A stretch of DNA of 62,716 bases, the filler included, from Stramenopiles sp. TOSAG23-2 (lineage: Eukaryota): assembly GCA_900128395.1 (NCBI GenBank). It is 33 parts of 33 records of this genome, joined end to end, with 100 filler letters (N's around TTAATTAATTAA, not from the genome) between each part and the next. Parts side by side here need not be neighbours in the genome. Positions count along the whole stretch, not along the records: positions 1 to 1,817 come from LT652313.1; positions 1,918 to 3,733 come from LT652314.1; positions 3,834 to 5,648 come from LT652315.1; positions 5,749 to 7,563 come from LT652316.1; positions 7,664 to 9,477 come from LT652317.1; positions 9,578 to 11,389 come from LT652318.1; positions 11,490 to 13,301 come from LT652319.1; 26 more parts are not named here. One strand, given 5' to 3'. A program made the translations under genes and the position numbers. This document shows, one piece after another, positions 1-12,328 of the stretch (position 1 is its first letter; every line of letters begins with the position of its first letter). Under the pieces are notes generated by a model that was not told where the DNA came from, searched no databases, and saw only the letters and a list, made by a program, of their open reading frames with translations.

Positions 1-636
1 CAGTAATAATGATGTTATTTTTTGATCAATGGTATATTTATCAACGTTGGTATAAATAAGTACGAATGTATTTTTCATATGTATTTACCCGTATTCTAAG
101 TTCTGCGGGCATGTTCTATAAGCATATGTACTTAGAAATTAAGTACAAGTATTTATAGGGACTCAAGCCGGAGCTTTGACTACGGTGCATATTAGATAGG
201 TAAATTATCCATACTCTAAACAACACCAGAGGTTAGGATCACACGAAAATAACGATATTTATGAAAAATATTCCTGAATACTGTAAGTTTGTAATGCTGT
301 GTACCCATTAATCAAGTATTGTAAGGATACTCTATTTGCGGAAATTTTTATTCACACTTGTCGAAATGCCAAATGCCATATCATAGGATATATACCGTAT
401 AGTAATTAGTACAAATAGCCCGTTAAACCACTATTTTAGCACATCGGCGGTCACGAGCATCCCGATCTCACTCAGTGCGTGTAATCTTGTAATAGTGTGT
501 ACGGTGTACGAAAATATAAAAATATGTCATATGTCACAAGAGAAGTAAAATTATTTTAAAATGATTTTTATTATAATATTATTTAATTTACGCATAATTT
601 ATTTTTAATTTACTCATGATTATAATATATATAGTG

Positions 637-879
637 TCATATGTCATACTTCATACTTCGTATATCATATATATATATAAATAAAATTGATACGCTACAT
701 TCTTCTTTTGTAGTTATTGAATTATCACCACTACATTGTGAACCTGATGTTAAGATACCAATACCTTCACCAGGTTTACAACTAAGATCGTCTTTGCTAA
801 GATTGATACCATCCACGTTAGATATGAACATGTACTGCGATATGTACAATATCATCATCATTTGTAATAATACTTTCAT
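637..879 (-). CDS. N-terminal exon or truncated copy of a secreted Cys-rich protein (paralogue of 37169..38088)
   Basis: Signal-peptide-like start, then CKPGEGI..TSGSQCSG..ITT.EEC, matching the 37 kb protein; similarity stops abruptly after EEC. Confidence 0.55.
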   Translation of the reverse strand: MKVLLQMMMILYISQYMFISNVDGINLSKDDLSCKPGEGIGILTSGSQCSGDNSITTKEECSVSILFIYIYDIRSMKYDI

Positions 880-1465
880 TTTTTAAAATATAATTAATAT
901 TAATATAACACAGAAGAAAACAACTTTTGTTCTTCGTGCTCCAAAATTTAAAATATATGTATATATGTAATCAAACACACAATTCGCTAATGCAATATTC
1001 GAATCACTTTCTTTCCTTGTTATCTCTTGTCATCTACTCTTATCATTCCTTTCACATGTTTGAACTGCCTTTCAAATGTGTTTTTAAATGTATATTTTCC
1101 CCATAGTGTATAGTGTTAAAATGATATATTATATTTGTTGATAACATCGCTCCCCCTCTTCTATCATTTGGAAGGAAGAATTTTGTGGGAAAAACACTTC
1201 GTTTAGGAGCCGAAATATATCCTAATAATATATCAAAACCATGGTGTTTGTATCATATGTCATATCATTTATGGAATAATTCGGAAGTAAAATTTGTAGA
1301 ATTACCTTAATTCTAGGTCCCATTGACTTTTCAAGGTTCTTTTTGCAAGGGGAATCTATTTTTTATTATTATACGACGAAGTATCAGAAAACTTTAAAAG
1401 TGTGTTATATATTATTGTGTACGATAACGTATAATATCATTTACTTTTTACTTTTTCAAAATATG

Positions 1466-1817
1466 TTAAAAACTATACATATCATCCTCATCAGCAAAAT
1501 TATTATTATTACTTTGATAACTTTGTTGTATCATAAACGAGGTTATTTGTTTTGCTAAATTATCATCATATTCAATATCACTTGGTTTTAATGGCGTACT
1601 TGTTATAGGGCAAACGTGGCCACATCTTTCAAACCAACCTTCAATTGTTCGTTTTTCAAATACTATATTTGGATTGATTTTTGAACGCATTGGTTCTTTT
1701 AAACATTGACCATTCATAGCACATAAAAATTCCGATGGTAAACCAAGTATAACTGGTGTTGCAATTGGATATTGATCTGCATCCTCCGTTTTACTTCCTT
1801 CTTTTATATTATTGGAA
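1466..1817 (-). CDS. U-box domain protein, C-terminal part (5' truncated)
   Basis: The frame is open to the contig end: LPSEFLCAMNGQCLKEPM...FEKRTIEGWF...CPITSTPL, the U-box consensus. Confidence 0.85.
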
Positions 1818-2070
1818 NNNNNNNNNNNNNNNNNNNNNNNNNNNNNNNNNNNNNNNNNNNNTTAATTAATTAANNNNNNNNNNNNNNNNNNNNNNNNNNN
1901 NNNNNNNNNNNNNNNNNGAGCATCCCCACGGCATACAGCCAAAAGTGGAGTACGCAACATATTTGCGTTTGCGGTTACGGCAATTGCCAATAATACGAAT
2001 AGTGCTACTTTCATGGTTTTAAATAAATATGTTTTCTGTAAGATTGTTTCTATATGAATGTTTACTTATA

Positions 2071-2140
2071 AGTATGTATGTATGTATGTATGTAAGTATG
2101 TATGTATGTATGTGTGTATGTATGTGTGTATGTATGTATG
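2071..2140. repeat. (TATG)n/(TG)n microsatellite
   Basis: Visible directly in the sequence. Confidence 0.9.
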
Positions 2141-2559
2141 TTTATCTGTATATTTGTAAAGATATGGTATTGTAGTAGTAATTTTTGTCGCATGTCAGCA
2201 AATGACTGTATTCTTTTTTTTTTAATGCTATTGCACTTGTATGGTCCATGTGAAGCCCCCCCTTTTTTATAACAACAAAAAAACTCCTCGTTTAGCTTAG
2301 ATATTCGCCCTTTTTTTTTTGAGTCTTGAAAACATCCTCGTTTTTGGCACAAAATGGACACACCCTGAGTTCGATATTTTGAGTACCCTAACTTGTATCT
2401 CCGTTAATTTATAATACACATTTAATACATTAATTTATATTACGACAACATGAAATACTATGAATCATTTTGCCAATATATATAATCCCATACTTATGCT
2501 GTAGCAAAATTGTTGTTTAGACTAGAAATACGACTTTTTCCAGACTTTTTAGCAAGAAG

Positions 2560-2575
2560 TAGCATAGCTGGGGTT
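2560..2575 (+). repeat. Dispersed motif TAGCATAGCTGGGGTT (copy 1 of 3)
   Basis: Matches the first 15-16 nt of the copies at 34056 (+) and 59333 (-). Confidence 0.5.
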
Positions 2576-3231
2576 CTATCAAAATTAGTCTATGAATTTT
2601 TGCCAGCGGGGCACAGCCCACAGCCCACATCAGCGGGCCAGCAGCTTATAGCTTAGCTTATAGCTTAATGTAAGTTGTATCAGGTATCAGAGAGTGGTTG
2701 CATGTTCCTGCGTTCCTACGTTCCTACCTCCTATACCGTACCTATCGATATTCTATCACAGTATATTACCGTATAGAATGTATATATAGAATTGATCAGT
2801 TATAACTTACAATAATGGTATTATTAGTATACACAAATACCAATACCATACAGAAATTGTATTATTATTTGCTACCTATTGTGTAGACAGAAAATAGTAC
2901 ATATATAATGAAATACATTAAAAAATAAAACAAACAATATTTCTATTATAACTTGTATGGGTTCGACAACTCCAACACATATCGCGCGCATAGGCTTAAA
3001 TAAAATATACTAGTATACATCATACATATAGTAATATTTATAGATGAAAACGTAACAAACATCCTAATTAACAAAATGGGCATATAGATACAGACACACA
3101 TATAGCCATATACTTATTATGTAGATAAATTTATTATTTATTCATTTAGAATGTTTATTGCATAAAAGTGATACGTATTTTTTTGAATAGATTGAAATAA
3201 TAATATAGTACTCTTTCACCTTCAAACAACA

Positions 3232-3733
3232 ATGAGTAGTACTGAAGAAGAAGAAGATAAGTCTGTTGTCAATGAAAATGGTGAGACGCCATCAATTATT
3301 GAAACAACTAATAAAAACGATAATAGTAAAACGGAGAATGTATTAGCAGCCACTGATCTTGAAGATAGTATTACAGCACCAACTTTAGCAACGGAAGGAT
3401 CAAACGTAGTGGAAAAGTCAGAAGGAGACGAAACAACAACATTGCCACCAAAAGAAGAAGATGAAGAAGTAGTAGTAGTAACAGGAAAAAATAATGATAA
3501 TAACAAAGTTGAACAAGAAGAATCGGAAAAAGACAAAGTAGATGAATCGGAACAAGACAAAGTAGATGAATCGGAACAAGACAAAGTAGATGAATTGGAA
3601 CAAGACAAAGTAGATGAATTGGAACAAGACAAAGTAGATGAATCTCAAAACGACAAAGTAGATGAATCTCAAAACGATAAAGTCGATGAATCTCAAAACG
3701 ACAAAGTAGATGAATCTCAAAACGACAAAGTAG
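3232..3733 (+). CDS. Acidic low-complexity protein with 8-aa tandem repeats (DKVDESEQ/DKVDESQN), 3' truncated
   Basis: ATG-started ORF; 24-bp tandem repeats from about 3520 to the contig end. Confidence 0.7.
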
Positions 3734-3833
3734 NNNNNNNNNNNNNNNNNNNNNNNNNNNNNNNNNNNNNNNNNNNNTTAATTAATTAANNNNNNNNNNN
3801 NNNNNNNNNNNNNNNNNNNNNNNNNNNNNNNNN

Positions 3834-3999
3834 TTGCACCTTTCTTTGGTTGTACCGACGCTTGATGGCGATACATTTTTGCTGCTACTACTGCGACATT
3901 TTCACCTTCCCGTAAATTACTTTTACTACGTATGTCCAATGCAGAGGTATTACATACAATCGTTGCCGCAACGATTAATAATAATTTATATGCAAACAT
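3834..3999 (-). CDS. N-terminus of a putative secreted protein (3' truncated)
   Basis: MFAYKLLLIVAATIVCNTSA signal-peptide-like start; open to the contig end. Confidence 0.45.
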
Positions 4000-4500
4000 A
4001 TTTTCCTTTTGATATATATATATATATATTTCTCTCTCTGTTTTCTATCTTATTGAATAATACCAACCTGCACACCATATATATTTTATAATCATACATT
4101 AACAGTCCCCCCCCCTCCGTTTTAAATACATTTCATCCATTTTTGTTTCCTCACAAAATTACAAAATTCTAATATAATAATACATGCAATACCATTAGCA
4201 CCATTAGCTATAATCTACAAAATAAATTTTCGACTTCGAGCTAAAGAGGACAAAATGGGAGGAACTATGAGGACAATATAGAACAAGTGGACCATTATTT
4301 ATCGGGTATTTTGATCGAAGTAAATAATTTGAATATTTGGGAATTTAATCAACATAATTTGTCGACCACCACTTCTCCTCGCTCCATGATGAAAATAATA
4401 TGAAAATAATCATCATTAATAATAATAATGCCATTTATGAAAGTAAAAATGCAAAGAGAGACGACAGGAGGAATGGTAGATACATTGACAGGAAGACAAG

Positions 4501-4854
4501 ATGAGTGAACTGAATCAATATGGAAAAGTTAAAAAAGGAGGGCTGAAATTAAAAGGTGGATTGTCGCTATCACACGATAAGACAAAGAAAAAAAAGAAAA
4601 AAAAGAAAAAGAAAAGAAAAAGAAATGAGGAGGAAGATGTAAAAAAAAATAGTGATAAAACAAATGTAAGAAAAGATGATAGAACACCAGCAGAGAAAGA
4701 ATATGACGAAAAAAATGAAGCGCGTGAATTGGAAAGGTTAAAAAAAATGGCAAAACTAACGCATAGAGAAACAATCGATCAATACAATAATTATTTAGCA
4801 AGTCTATCTGAGCATCACGATGTCCCAAAAGTAGGTAATGCAGGAATGGGTTAA
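4501..4854 (+). CDS. FAM32A: FAM32A-like (DUF1754) protein
   Basis: GGLKLKG N-terminus, Lys tract, RTPAE...THRE.I..YN.YL.SLSEHHDVPKVG C-terminus. Confidence 0.9.
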   Translation: MSELNQYGKVKKGGLKLKGGLSLSHDKTKKKKKKKKKKRKRNEEEDVKKNSDKTNVRKDDRTPAEKEYDEKNEARELERLKKMAKLTHRETIDQYNNYLASLSEHHDVPKVGNAGMG

Positions 4855-5019
4855 TGTATGATATATAATATATATATATATATATATGCATATCATACAC
4901 ATCATATTTTATATCTCAGATATAAAAAATATATTTTATAAAATTGAAAAGATAATTAATAAAACACTAGATGATATCATATGATTTTTATACTTTGTTT
5001 TCTTCCTTTTTTTCAAAAC

Positions 5020-5648
5020 TTATCTCCTATCATTTCTTCTATCGTCACGAATTTTTTTAATTTCTTTTACAAAATTTGGATCAATTTTTGATTCGTCACT
5101 TTGTTTCATCCATAACTTTATACCAATATTATAACATTCAGAACATATAAAATGCGGATATGTCTTACATCCTGTATGCAATTTACAAAAATATTTTTGA
5201 CATTTGCGATAACAGTCCTGCTCGTTACCATTCTTACCACCATATGGTCTATAAAATGTACCTTTTAAACCTATGCATCTATTAAAAGAAAAATAAAGTT
5301 GACTTTTTGTACAACCAGCAATTTGACACCTTCTAGAACTATTTTTATTATTATTAGTAGTACTATTATTATTATTAATGCTAGTTACGGTTTCTATCCT
5401 AATTTCTGGTTGATTATCATTAGGATTGGAATCATCCAACTGATCTGCATTTGCTAAATCTTGACCCGATTCTGTTGTAGGAGCAACAAGTTGAAGTGTT
5501 CTTGCAGATCTTTTTAACATATCGATTACCAGCTTTCTTCCTTCAGGCTTAGTATATAAATAATAGATCGTAGTGCCTGCTACGCAAACAACGTAAAGCC
5601 ATACAACTGCATCCTTCAGAGCATTAAAAAAATTCAAGATATTGTCAA
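5020..5648 (-). CDS. Hypothetical membrane-anchored protein with Cys-rich C-terminal domain (5' truncated)
   Basis: Open frame of at least 205 aa, one TM-like segment, CxxC/CxxxC clusters. Confidence 0.55.
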
Positions 5649-5748
5649 NNNNNNNNNNNNNNNNNNNNNNNNNNNNNNNNNNNNNNNNNNNNTTAATTAA
5701 TTAANNNNNNNNNNNNNNNNNNNNNNNNNNNNNNNNNNNNNNNNNNNN

Positions 5749-6978
5749 TATATCAATTTCAAGATGATATTGTCAAACCAATTAAACAATATGCAAAATC
5801 ATTATCCAAAGCAATTGAAAAAGTACAAGATACGAAAAATCAATTACGTTTGAAATTGGAAGATACGAAGGATCAACTTGCTACCTCGATGTTGCAACGT
5901 GATGATGAACATGGGCAATTAATCATGGCACAAGATAACATTGGTCGATTGAAACATCAAATTGCTAATTTAAATTCACGTTTAGAAAGTGAAGTTGGAC
6001 AAGCAGAAGAACGTATTCGTAAATTAAATGCAGAAACAATTGCAAATAATAAATTACGTAGTGATATGGAAATGCGTTTGCATAGCAAGATGGAGGAAGT
6101 AGAATTAGCAACCAAGCAAAATACGAAATTGCAATTAGATAGACAAAATTTACAAGAAAAATTAAGTTCATTGCAAAGTGAATATACACGAACAGTCAAT
6201 GAGGAACGTGAAAAATTTGAAGGCTTACATATTAAACAAAGGCAATTTAGTAATCAAATGCAAGATTTACAACATGATCATGAGATTTTAACACGTAATT
6301 ACAACAATGCTAGAAACCGTATTGAAACGTTACTAGGTGAAAAATCACAAATGCAAGATGAAATTACTAAGTTACATAGTCAAAAACAAGTTGCAGAAGG
6401 TAAATATTTACGAAATACACAAGTATTGAAAACAGATTTAAATAAATTGGAAGCGCAAATGCAACGTACGGTTGGTATGTATAATCAAATTAAATTACAT
6501 CGTGATAGATTAAAAGATGACAATAATAGTTTACGTCATGAAATGGAAGGTATCCATAGCAAAGTTGGTAATGATGGAAATAATATTGGAATGAATTATG
6601 ATGGTAATAATAAAAATGCTGGTGGTAAAGTGGACAAAGGTGGTAATGATGATGATAATGTTGAGAAGGGGAAGGGGGAATGGGAGGAAAGCGAGAGTAA
6701 TCATAAACATCATAAAAGATGACAATAATAGTTTACGTCATGAAATGGAAGGTATCCATAGCAAAGTTGGTAATGATGGAAATAATATTGGAATGAATTA
6801 TGATGGTAATAATAAAAATGCTGGTGGTAAAGTGGACAAAGGTGGTAATGATGATGATAATGTTGAGAAGGGGAAGGGGGAATGGGAGGAAAGCGAGAGT
6901 AATCATAAACATCATAAACATCATAAACATCATAAGAAATCAAAAAAAAAGAAGAAAGATAAGCAAGAAACAAGATAA
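5749..6978 (+). CDS. Long coiled-coil protein, C-terminal part; 3' end disrupted by a 202-bp duplication
   Basis: Heptad-rich frame open from the contig start; 6511..6712 is repeated at 6713..6914, shifting the frame to the HKHHK/KKK tail that ends at 6978. Confidence 0.7.
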
Positions 6979-8060
6979 GAGAAAAATTAAAAAAAAAAAA
7001 AAAAAAAAGAGTTGTTGTGTGTAAAAACGCACACACGCGCGGGCCAGGGGCCAGCGGGGTGTAAAGAGAGTGTGAGAGATGAGAGAGTGTGTGCGTGCGT
7101 GTGGTGAATGAGAGAGATGTGTGTACAAAAAAAATTATTTTTTTTATCAATCAAAAACATATTTTATTTAAACCCTTCTTTTTTCTTTGAGAAATATTTT
7201 TAAAAACTATTACGTTCGTACGTTTTTTCAAGAAGAAAATCTCTCTTCTTGTTCTCGACCCCGGCCTTAGATTTTTCTTTTTTTCAATTATCATTAATGA
7301 TACATGGCACAGTACTAAGACTCATTTTCAAATTTTCATTCTTCTCAAACAAACACGTGTACACGTTTTCCTTTTGTTCACGCGCACACATGTTCTGATT
7401 TTTTATATCTCTCTCAACTAAATTATTTATAATATATAAAATATCTCTTTTATAATTTTTTTTTATCCTGGCTATTATTGGTTTCTTACTAAATTATTTT
7501 TGCAGTTTATTTTTTTTTTTTTTTTTTTTGCACACAACGCGTATTATTTTTATTTTTCCTTTTNNNNNNNNNNNNNNNNNNNNNNNNNNNNNNNNNNNNN
7601 NNNNNNNTTAATTAATTAANNNNNNNNNNNNNNNNNNNNNNNNNNNNNNNNNNNNNNNNNNNNTCCTAGACTTTTAGACTACACCTTGCGCACTTGCTGG
7701 CTAATGCTGGCTTGCCACCTTAATTGAATTAATTGCACTTCCACTCTGCACACACATGCCAATACTTTTGACAGCCGTCACTAGTATTAGTCTAATAATT
7801 GTATCGAGCTGGTTCAAATCGAGAGGCTACATACAGTACTACCATCAGAGTACAGTCACATCAAGAAGGTTTCTGGTTTCTATTAACCGCGATCAGTCGA
7901 TCTAGATCAGTCGTCTATTAATATATATCGATAATACATATATACAAGGAATTTTAAGAAAATTAAATTAAAAGCAATATCAATGCGATACGGAATATAA
8001 TAAGAAGTCATTTATATTCATAGCTTATCAGTGTGCAAATCAAGTCATCCTATAAAAACG

Positions 8061-9477
8061 ATGGCATCTATAACCGCGGAACAAGCGGTACTGGCAGAGG
8101 ATGAACATAGAAAATTGATACAAGATGCGAGGAATTGTTTAATAAAGATCTTGCCCAATTGTGCAAATAAACTTAATATTGATATACAAGACCAATTAAA
8201 CATAATATTAGAAAAATTTAATATTGATCCTATTTTAGATGATGAGGATTTAGATGATTTAGGGGAATTGTTTAAAGCAACTATTGACGATATCATGGGT
8301 GGTGAGAATGACGATGAAGCTAGTGCAGTTGATGGAAATATGAAAGAAGAAAATGATAAAGTGCATGAACTAAATAGTATATCGTCAGTTTATAATCTTG
8401 TTGGTGATACTAGAGTTTCCTCTTCGCCAACAAGTTTGACTTCGCAGGAACATAAATCAAGTAATACAAACAAACCAATTCCAAAGCAACGTGGCCCGTC
8501 CACTGGACCATACATATCCATATTTATCCAACCCTTCGTCAAGTAATTATTTTTACAAGACATGGAACTCGTCTACCACTTCATAACTTTCCAAATGACA
8601 AATCATGGCCATGTGATCAAAAATTTTGGGAGGCATATAGTGGAATTTTGAGTCCGGTTGGCCATGCAGAAATGCATGCATTAGGTATATTGTTAAGGAA
8701 GCGTTATGTAGATGAATACAAGTTGTTCAAAGGTGTAAATTTATGCGAACATGTAGAGGTTCACTCAACTAACTCAGTACGCACTTTGCAATCGGCGGCA
8801 AATTTTTGCATGGGTCTGTTCCCGGGGCTTCCAATATATTATACAGTTGTTTCAGATCGTCTAGGTGCTGGAAAAACAACTGAGGATTTAATACATGAAG
8901 ATAGATCTACTAATGGCATATGCTTAGCTATTGATACATTGTCGGACAATTTATTGAGGCAAGCAAAAAGCTCGGAATCGTTTAGCATATGGAAGAAGAA
9001 AAGACAAGAGGATCCATGGCTGAAAAACAAATGCAAAGAGCGTGGTATTTTAGAATTACTAGACAAATTATGGAAATTGTCTGGATATCCAAAATTAAAT
9101 CCTGAAAAAAACACACCGCCACAACGTTTACGAAAAATGTGTGTCATATATACTCAATTGAAAATTGCAGAAAGACATAATTTACAACCATTTTTAAATG
9201 ATGATGGCATTGCATTGACAAAAGAAGATGTTGAAACAATAGCGGAAGTTGCAAGACACGTCTGGGCAACAAAATATAATAGGCATTCACCACTTGAAAG
9301 ATCAAGTGGACGGGCAGCTGCTGGCTATGTTGTCCATGAAATATCTCGCAATATGATAGAAATGGTTGATGAAATTAAAAGATTAGGAAAAAAACATACG
9401 ATTGCTGCTACTGGCAATGATAATAATAATAATGATGATAATGATAATAACAGAGATGATGATGACAACCAGATTAA
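8061..9477 (+). CDS. Histidine acid phosphatase (branch 2) with acidic N-terminal extension; frameshift near 8460-8545; 3' truncated
   Basis: Translating upstream of ORF 8648 gives LRQVIIFTRHGTRLP (RHGxRxP), then GILSPVG..EMHALG..LRKRY and STNSVRTLQSA. Confidence 0.85.
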
Positions 9478-9757
9478 NNNNNNNNNNNNNNNNNNNNNNN
9501 NNNNNNNNNNNNNNNNNNNNNTTAATTAATTAANNNNNNNNNNNNNNNNNNNNNNNNNNNNNNNNNNNNNNNNNNNNACATAAAAATATATATTGTATAT
9601 CTGTGTGTTTAGTTCTGTAAGTCTATATATATATATACATTATAAAAAGAGAAAGCTGGAAAGCAAATTAAAGTAATACTATTTATTCATCAAAACAACT
9701 ATTATTGAAAATAAATTTGAAATATATTTCTAAAATACTGAAAAACAAAAATTGAAA

Positions 9758-10030
9758 ATGTCACTTTCCGTTGAACAACATGTGGGAGATTTAAAAATGT
9801 TAATTGCATACATGAGTGACCCAGAAAAGGCAAAAGAAAGTGCTTCTAGGTCCGACGAAGAAAGGAAAAAGCGTTGGGCAGAAACAATTTCTAAAACAGC
9901 TACCAAATATGGGTTTGATAGCTCTGAAGCTTACTTAGCGGCAGTTAAAAAATTGGAAGATGAAGATGAAGTGAAAGAATTAAGAGAGCAGATTGAACAA
10001 CTCATGAAAAACAGAGCATCTGGAAAATAA
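9758..10030 (+). CDS. Small helical hypothetical protein (weak resemblance to the protein C10 family)
   Basis: Clean 90-aa ORF; KYGF...KKLEDEDEV motif. Confidence 0.55.
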   Translation: MSLSVEQHVGDLKMLIAYMSDPEKAKESASRSDEERKKRWAETISKTATKYGFDSSEAYLAAVKKLEDEDEVKELREQIEQLMKNRASGK

Positions 10031-10047
10031 AGCCATTATATTTGTTA

Positions 10048-10905
10048 TTAGTATTGCAATGGACACGCATGAAATATCTGGTGCATCATCGATTCCTTGT
10101 ATCCGCTCGTAAATTGGTTACGAAAACGGGGGTCTGCATAAGAAATTTTTAACACTGACATATGATTTCCTATGTTTTTTTTATCATGCACCACACTGGC
10201 ACACAATTTTTTAAAAAAAATATTATTTAATGAATATTTTATAATTTTTTTAACGCCCATGCCAAACATTATAAACATTGGTAGCAGTGCCATAATCAGG
10301 ACTTTTCGTCGTGCATTAAACTCACTTGTATACAGCTGCACAAATTTGATTGCTCCGTATGCATGCAGGAGAGAAAGTATTAAAATAACTGGACCAAACA
10401 CAGGAGCAGTTAAAATACACAAACAGCACATTTGTGTTAAATTTTCGTCAAGCCAAAATGCAGCACGCTGAGCACGATTAAATACACCATTAACACCTTC
10501 ATTATCCATTAATACATAAGGTGCATCAGCAAATTGCTTGTTCGTTTTTTTTGCTTGGATCTTATAAATATGTTGATCAGGTCTGTCCAATCTACAAGGT
10601 GCCCTTGTAGCATTTGAATTAATCATTGCATAAATTCTTGGAATCATGAAGATATAAAATGCAAAATACATATATTGAAGTTGATATTTATTAATAAATT
10701 CAAACTTTTGCTTAAATAATTCTGCTTGTCCTGGTATAAACTTTGACATTAAAGCATAAACAACAAAAGCAATTGTAGGGGCAATAAATAAATGAAGTCT
10801 TGTTAAAGTTTTCGTATATTTTGCTCTTTGATTAGATTCTTTTTGTGTCGTATCTTTTGCATTTGCTGGTATCAATCCTTTTTCGTCACGTTTACTGTCT
10901 GCCAT
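10048..10905 (-). CDS. MAPEG-like membrane protein (3' end probably spliced)
   Basis: Several TM segments; FNRAQRA resembles the MGST3-type FNCxQRAH motif. Confidence 0.65.
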   Translation of the reverse strand: MADSKRDEKGLIPANAKDTTQKESNQRAKYTKTLTRLHLFIAPTIAFVVYALMSKFIPGQAELFKQKFEFINKYQLQYMYFAFYIFMIPRIYAMINSNATRAPCRLDRPDQHIYKIQAKKTNKQFADAPYVLMDNEGVNGVFNRAQRAAFWLDENLTQMCCLCILTAPVFGPVILILSLLHAYGAIKFVQLYTSEFNARRKVLIMALLPMFIMFGMGVKKIIKYSLNNIFFKKLCASVVHDKKNIGNHMSVLKISYADPRFRNQFTSGYKESMMHQIFHACPLQY

Positions 10906-11489
10906 AATTAGTGATTTTTTTTTACTGTGTTGATTATTTACTATTCAATTAATATTTGTATATATATCCACTTGTTGTAGTAATTCCTATACTTCAATGC
11001 CCCTTGTTTTAAGTCTACTTGAAAGTGTTGTTTCTTATATCGGTTTAACTTTGCTTTTTTCCCATATGCATGTATACATACAACTTTTTTGTAAAGAATA
11101 TAATATATATTATTGAAATTATTCCGGATAAATAGTCTGTTGTAATTTTCACTACCAGGTATATAGCAGGTACACAGCAGCTGTTATTATATACTATATG
11201 GATATTTGCCGATTCTCATATTCTCATTTTCAATGTATAATAAATGTATAATATAAATACCTGGTATTAAAGTTGCTATAAATCTGGAAATGGTGGGGTG
11301 CTTTTTTTTGTTGTATTTTTACTTGTATTATTACCAGATTACAGTTAGAAATTTCGATCGATTTTTTAATAATAGATAATAGTAAAATANNNNNNNNNNN
11401 NNNNNNNNNNNNNNNNNNNNNNNNNNNNNNNNNTTAATTAATTAANNNNNNNNNNNNNNNNNNNNNNNNNNNNNNNNNNNNNNNNNNNN

Positions 11490-12328
11490 AAAATTTGCAA
11501 CGTATCTTTGAAATTTATATATTGGAATTTTTCTTTAAGATAATCCTCCTGCACATAATCATCCTGCACCGTGTTTGTGGAGCGATGGTCCTGCACCGTG
11601 TGATAGTCCTGAGGTGACAAAATTACGCCTGGTACACCACTACGAATATTAGTTTTTGTAATGGTAATGTCATCTTCCACATAATCATCATTTACAATTG
11701 CATCAATTTGATCATTTACAATTGCATCAATTTGATAGTAGGAGTTGTCATTGCGATAGTCCTGCACCGTGTTTGTGGAGCGATGGTCCTGCACCGTGTG
11801 ATAGTCCTGAATATTAGTTTTTGTAATGGTAATGTCATCTTCGACCCATTCCGTTTGCTTAGTCGTTGCATCGTAACTAAACCGCCTTCCAGTTTTAGGA
11901 TCTTTATGTATAGTAATATTCTTTGATATTAGATTTTGTTGTTGTTGTTCTACTTCTACATCTTCCTCCTCCTCCTCCTCGGTGTTTGCCCATTTTGTTT
12001 CACCAGTTGTTGCATTAAAATAATATTTTCTACCAGTTGTTTGATCTGTATTTACTGTCCATTGATCATTCGTATTATTTTCATTCTCATTATTATTACT
12101 ATTCGTTGTATCTTCATCCTCATCATCATTTAGTTCATTCATATCTTCCTCTATTAACCATTCTGTTTCTTCTGTTATAGCATTATATGAATATCTTCTA
12201 CTTGTAGTTAGATCTGTATGTATTGTGACTGCAGCATTATCTTCCCATTTCGTTTCATTTGTTTCTTTATTATGATAATATATCCTTTTCGTTGTTGGAT
12301 CTTCATGCTTCGTCCATATCGATGACAT
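11490..12328 (-). CDS. Multi-WW-domain protein (4 WW repeats), 3' truncated
   Basis: WTKHEDPTTKRIYYHNKETNETKW, plus three more D..T.R.Y.YNA.T.ET.W repeats. Confidence 0.85.

Noticed and set aside
1862..1873. Regularly spaced TTAATTAATTAA as a biological repeat
   Set aside because: Always centred in identical N padding; it is an artificial six-frame-stop linker.
3222..3720. Antisense ORFs such as 3222..3632, 3418..3720, 15937..16350 and 51676..52227
   Set aside because: They are shadow frames of repetitive or low-complexity genes on the opposite strand.
7808..7825. tRNA from GGTTCAAATC (also GGTTCGAC at about 2960)
   Set aside because: No pairing T-stem and no cloverleaf around either site.
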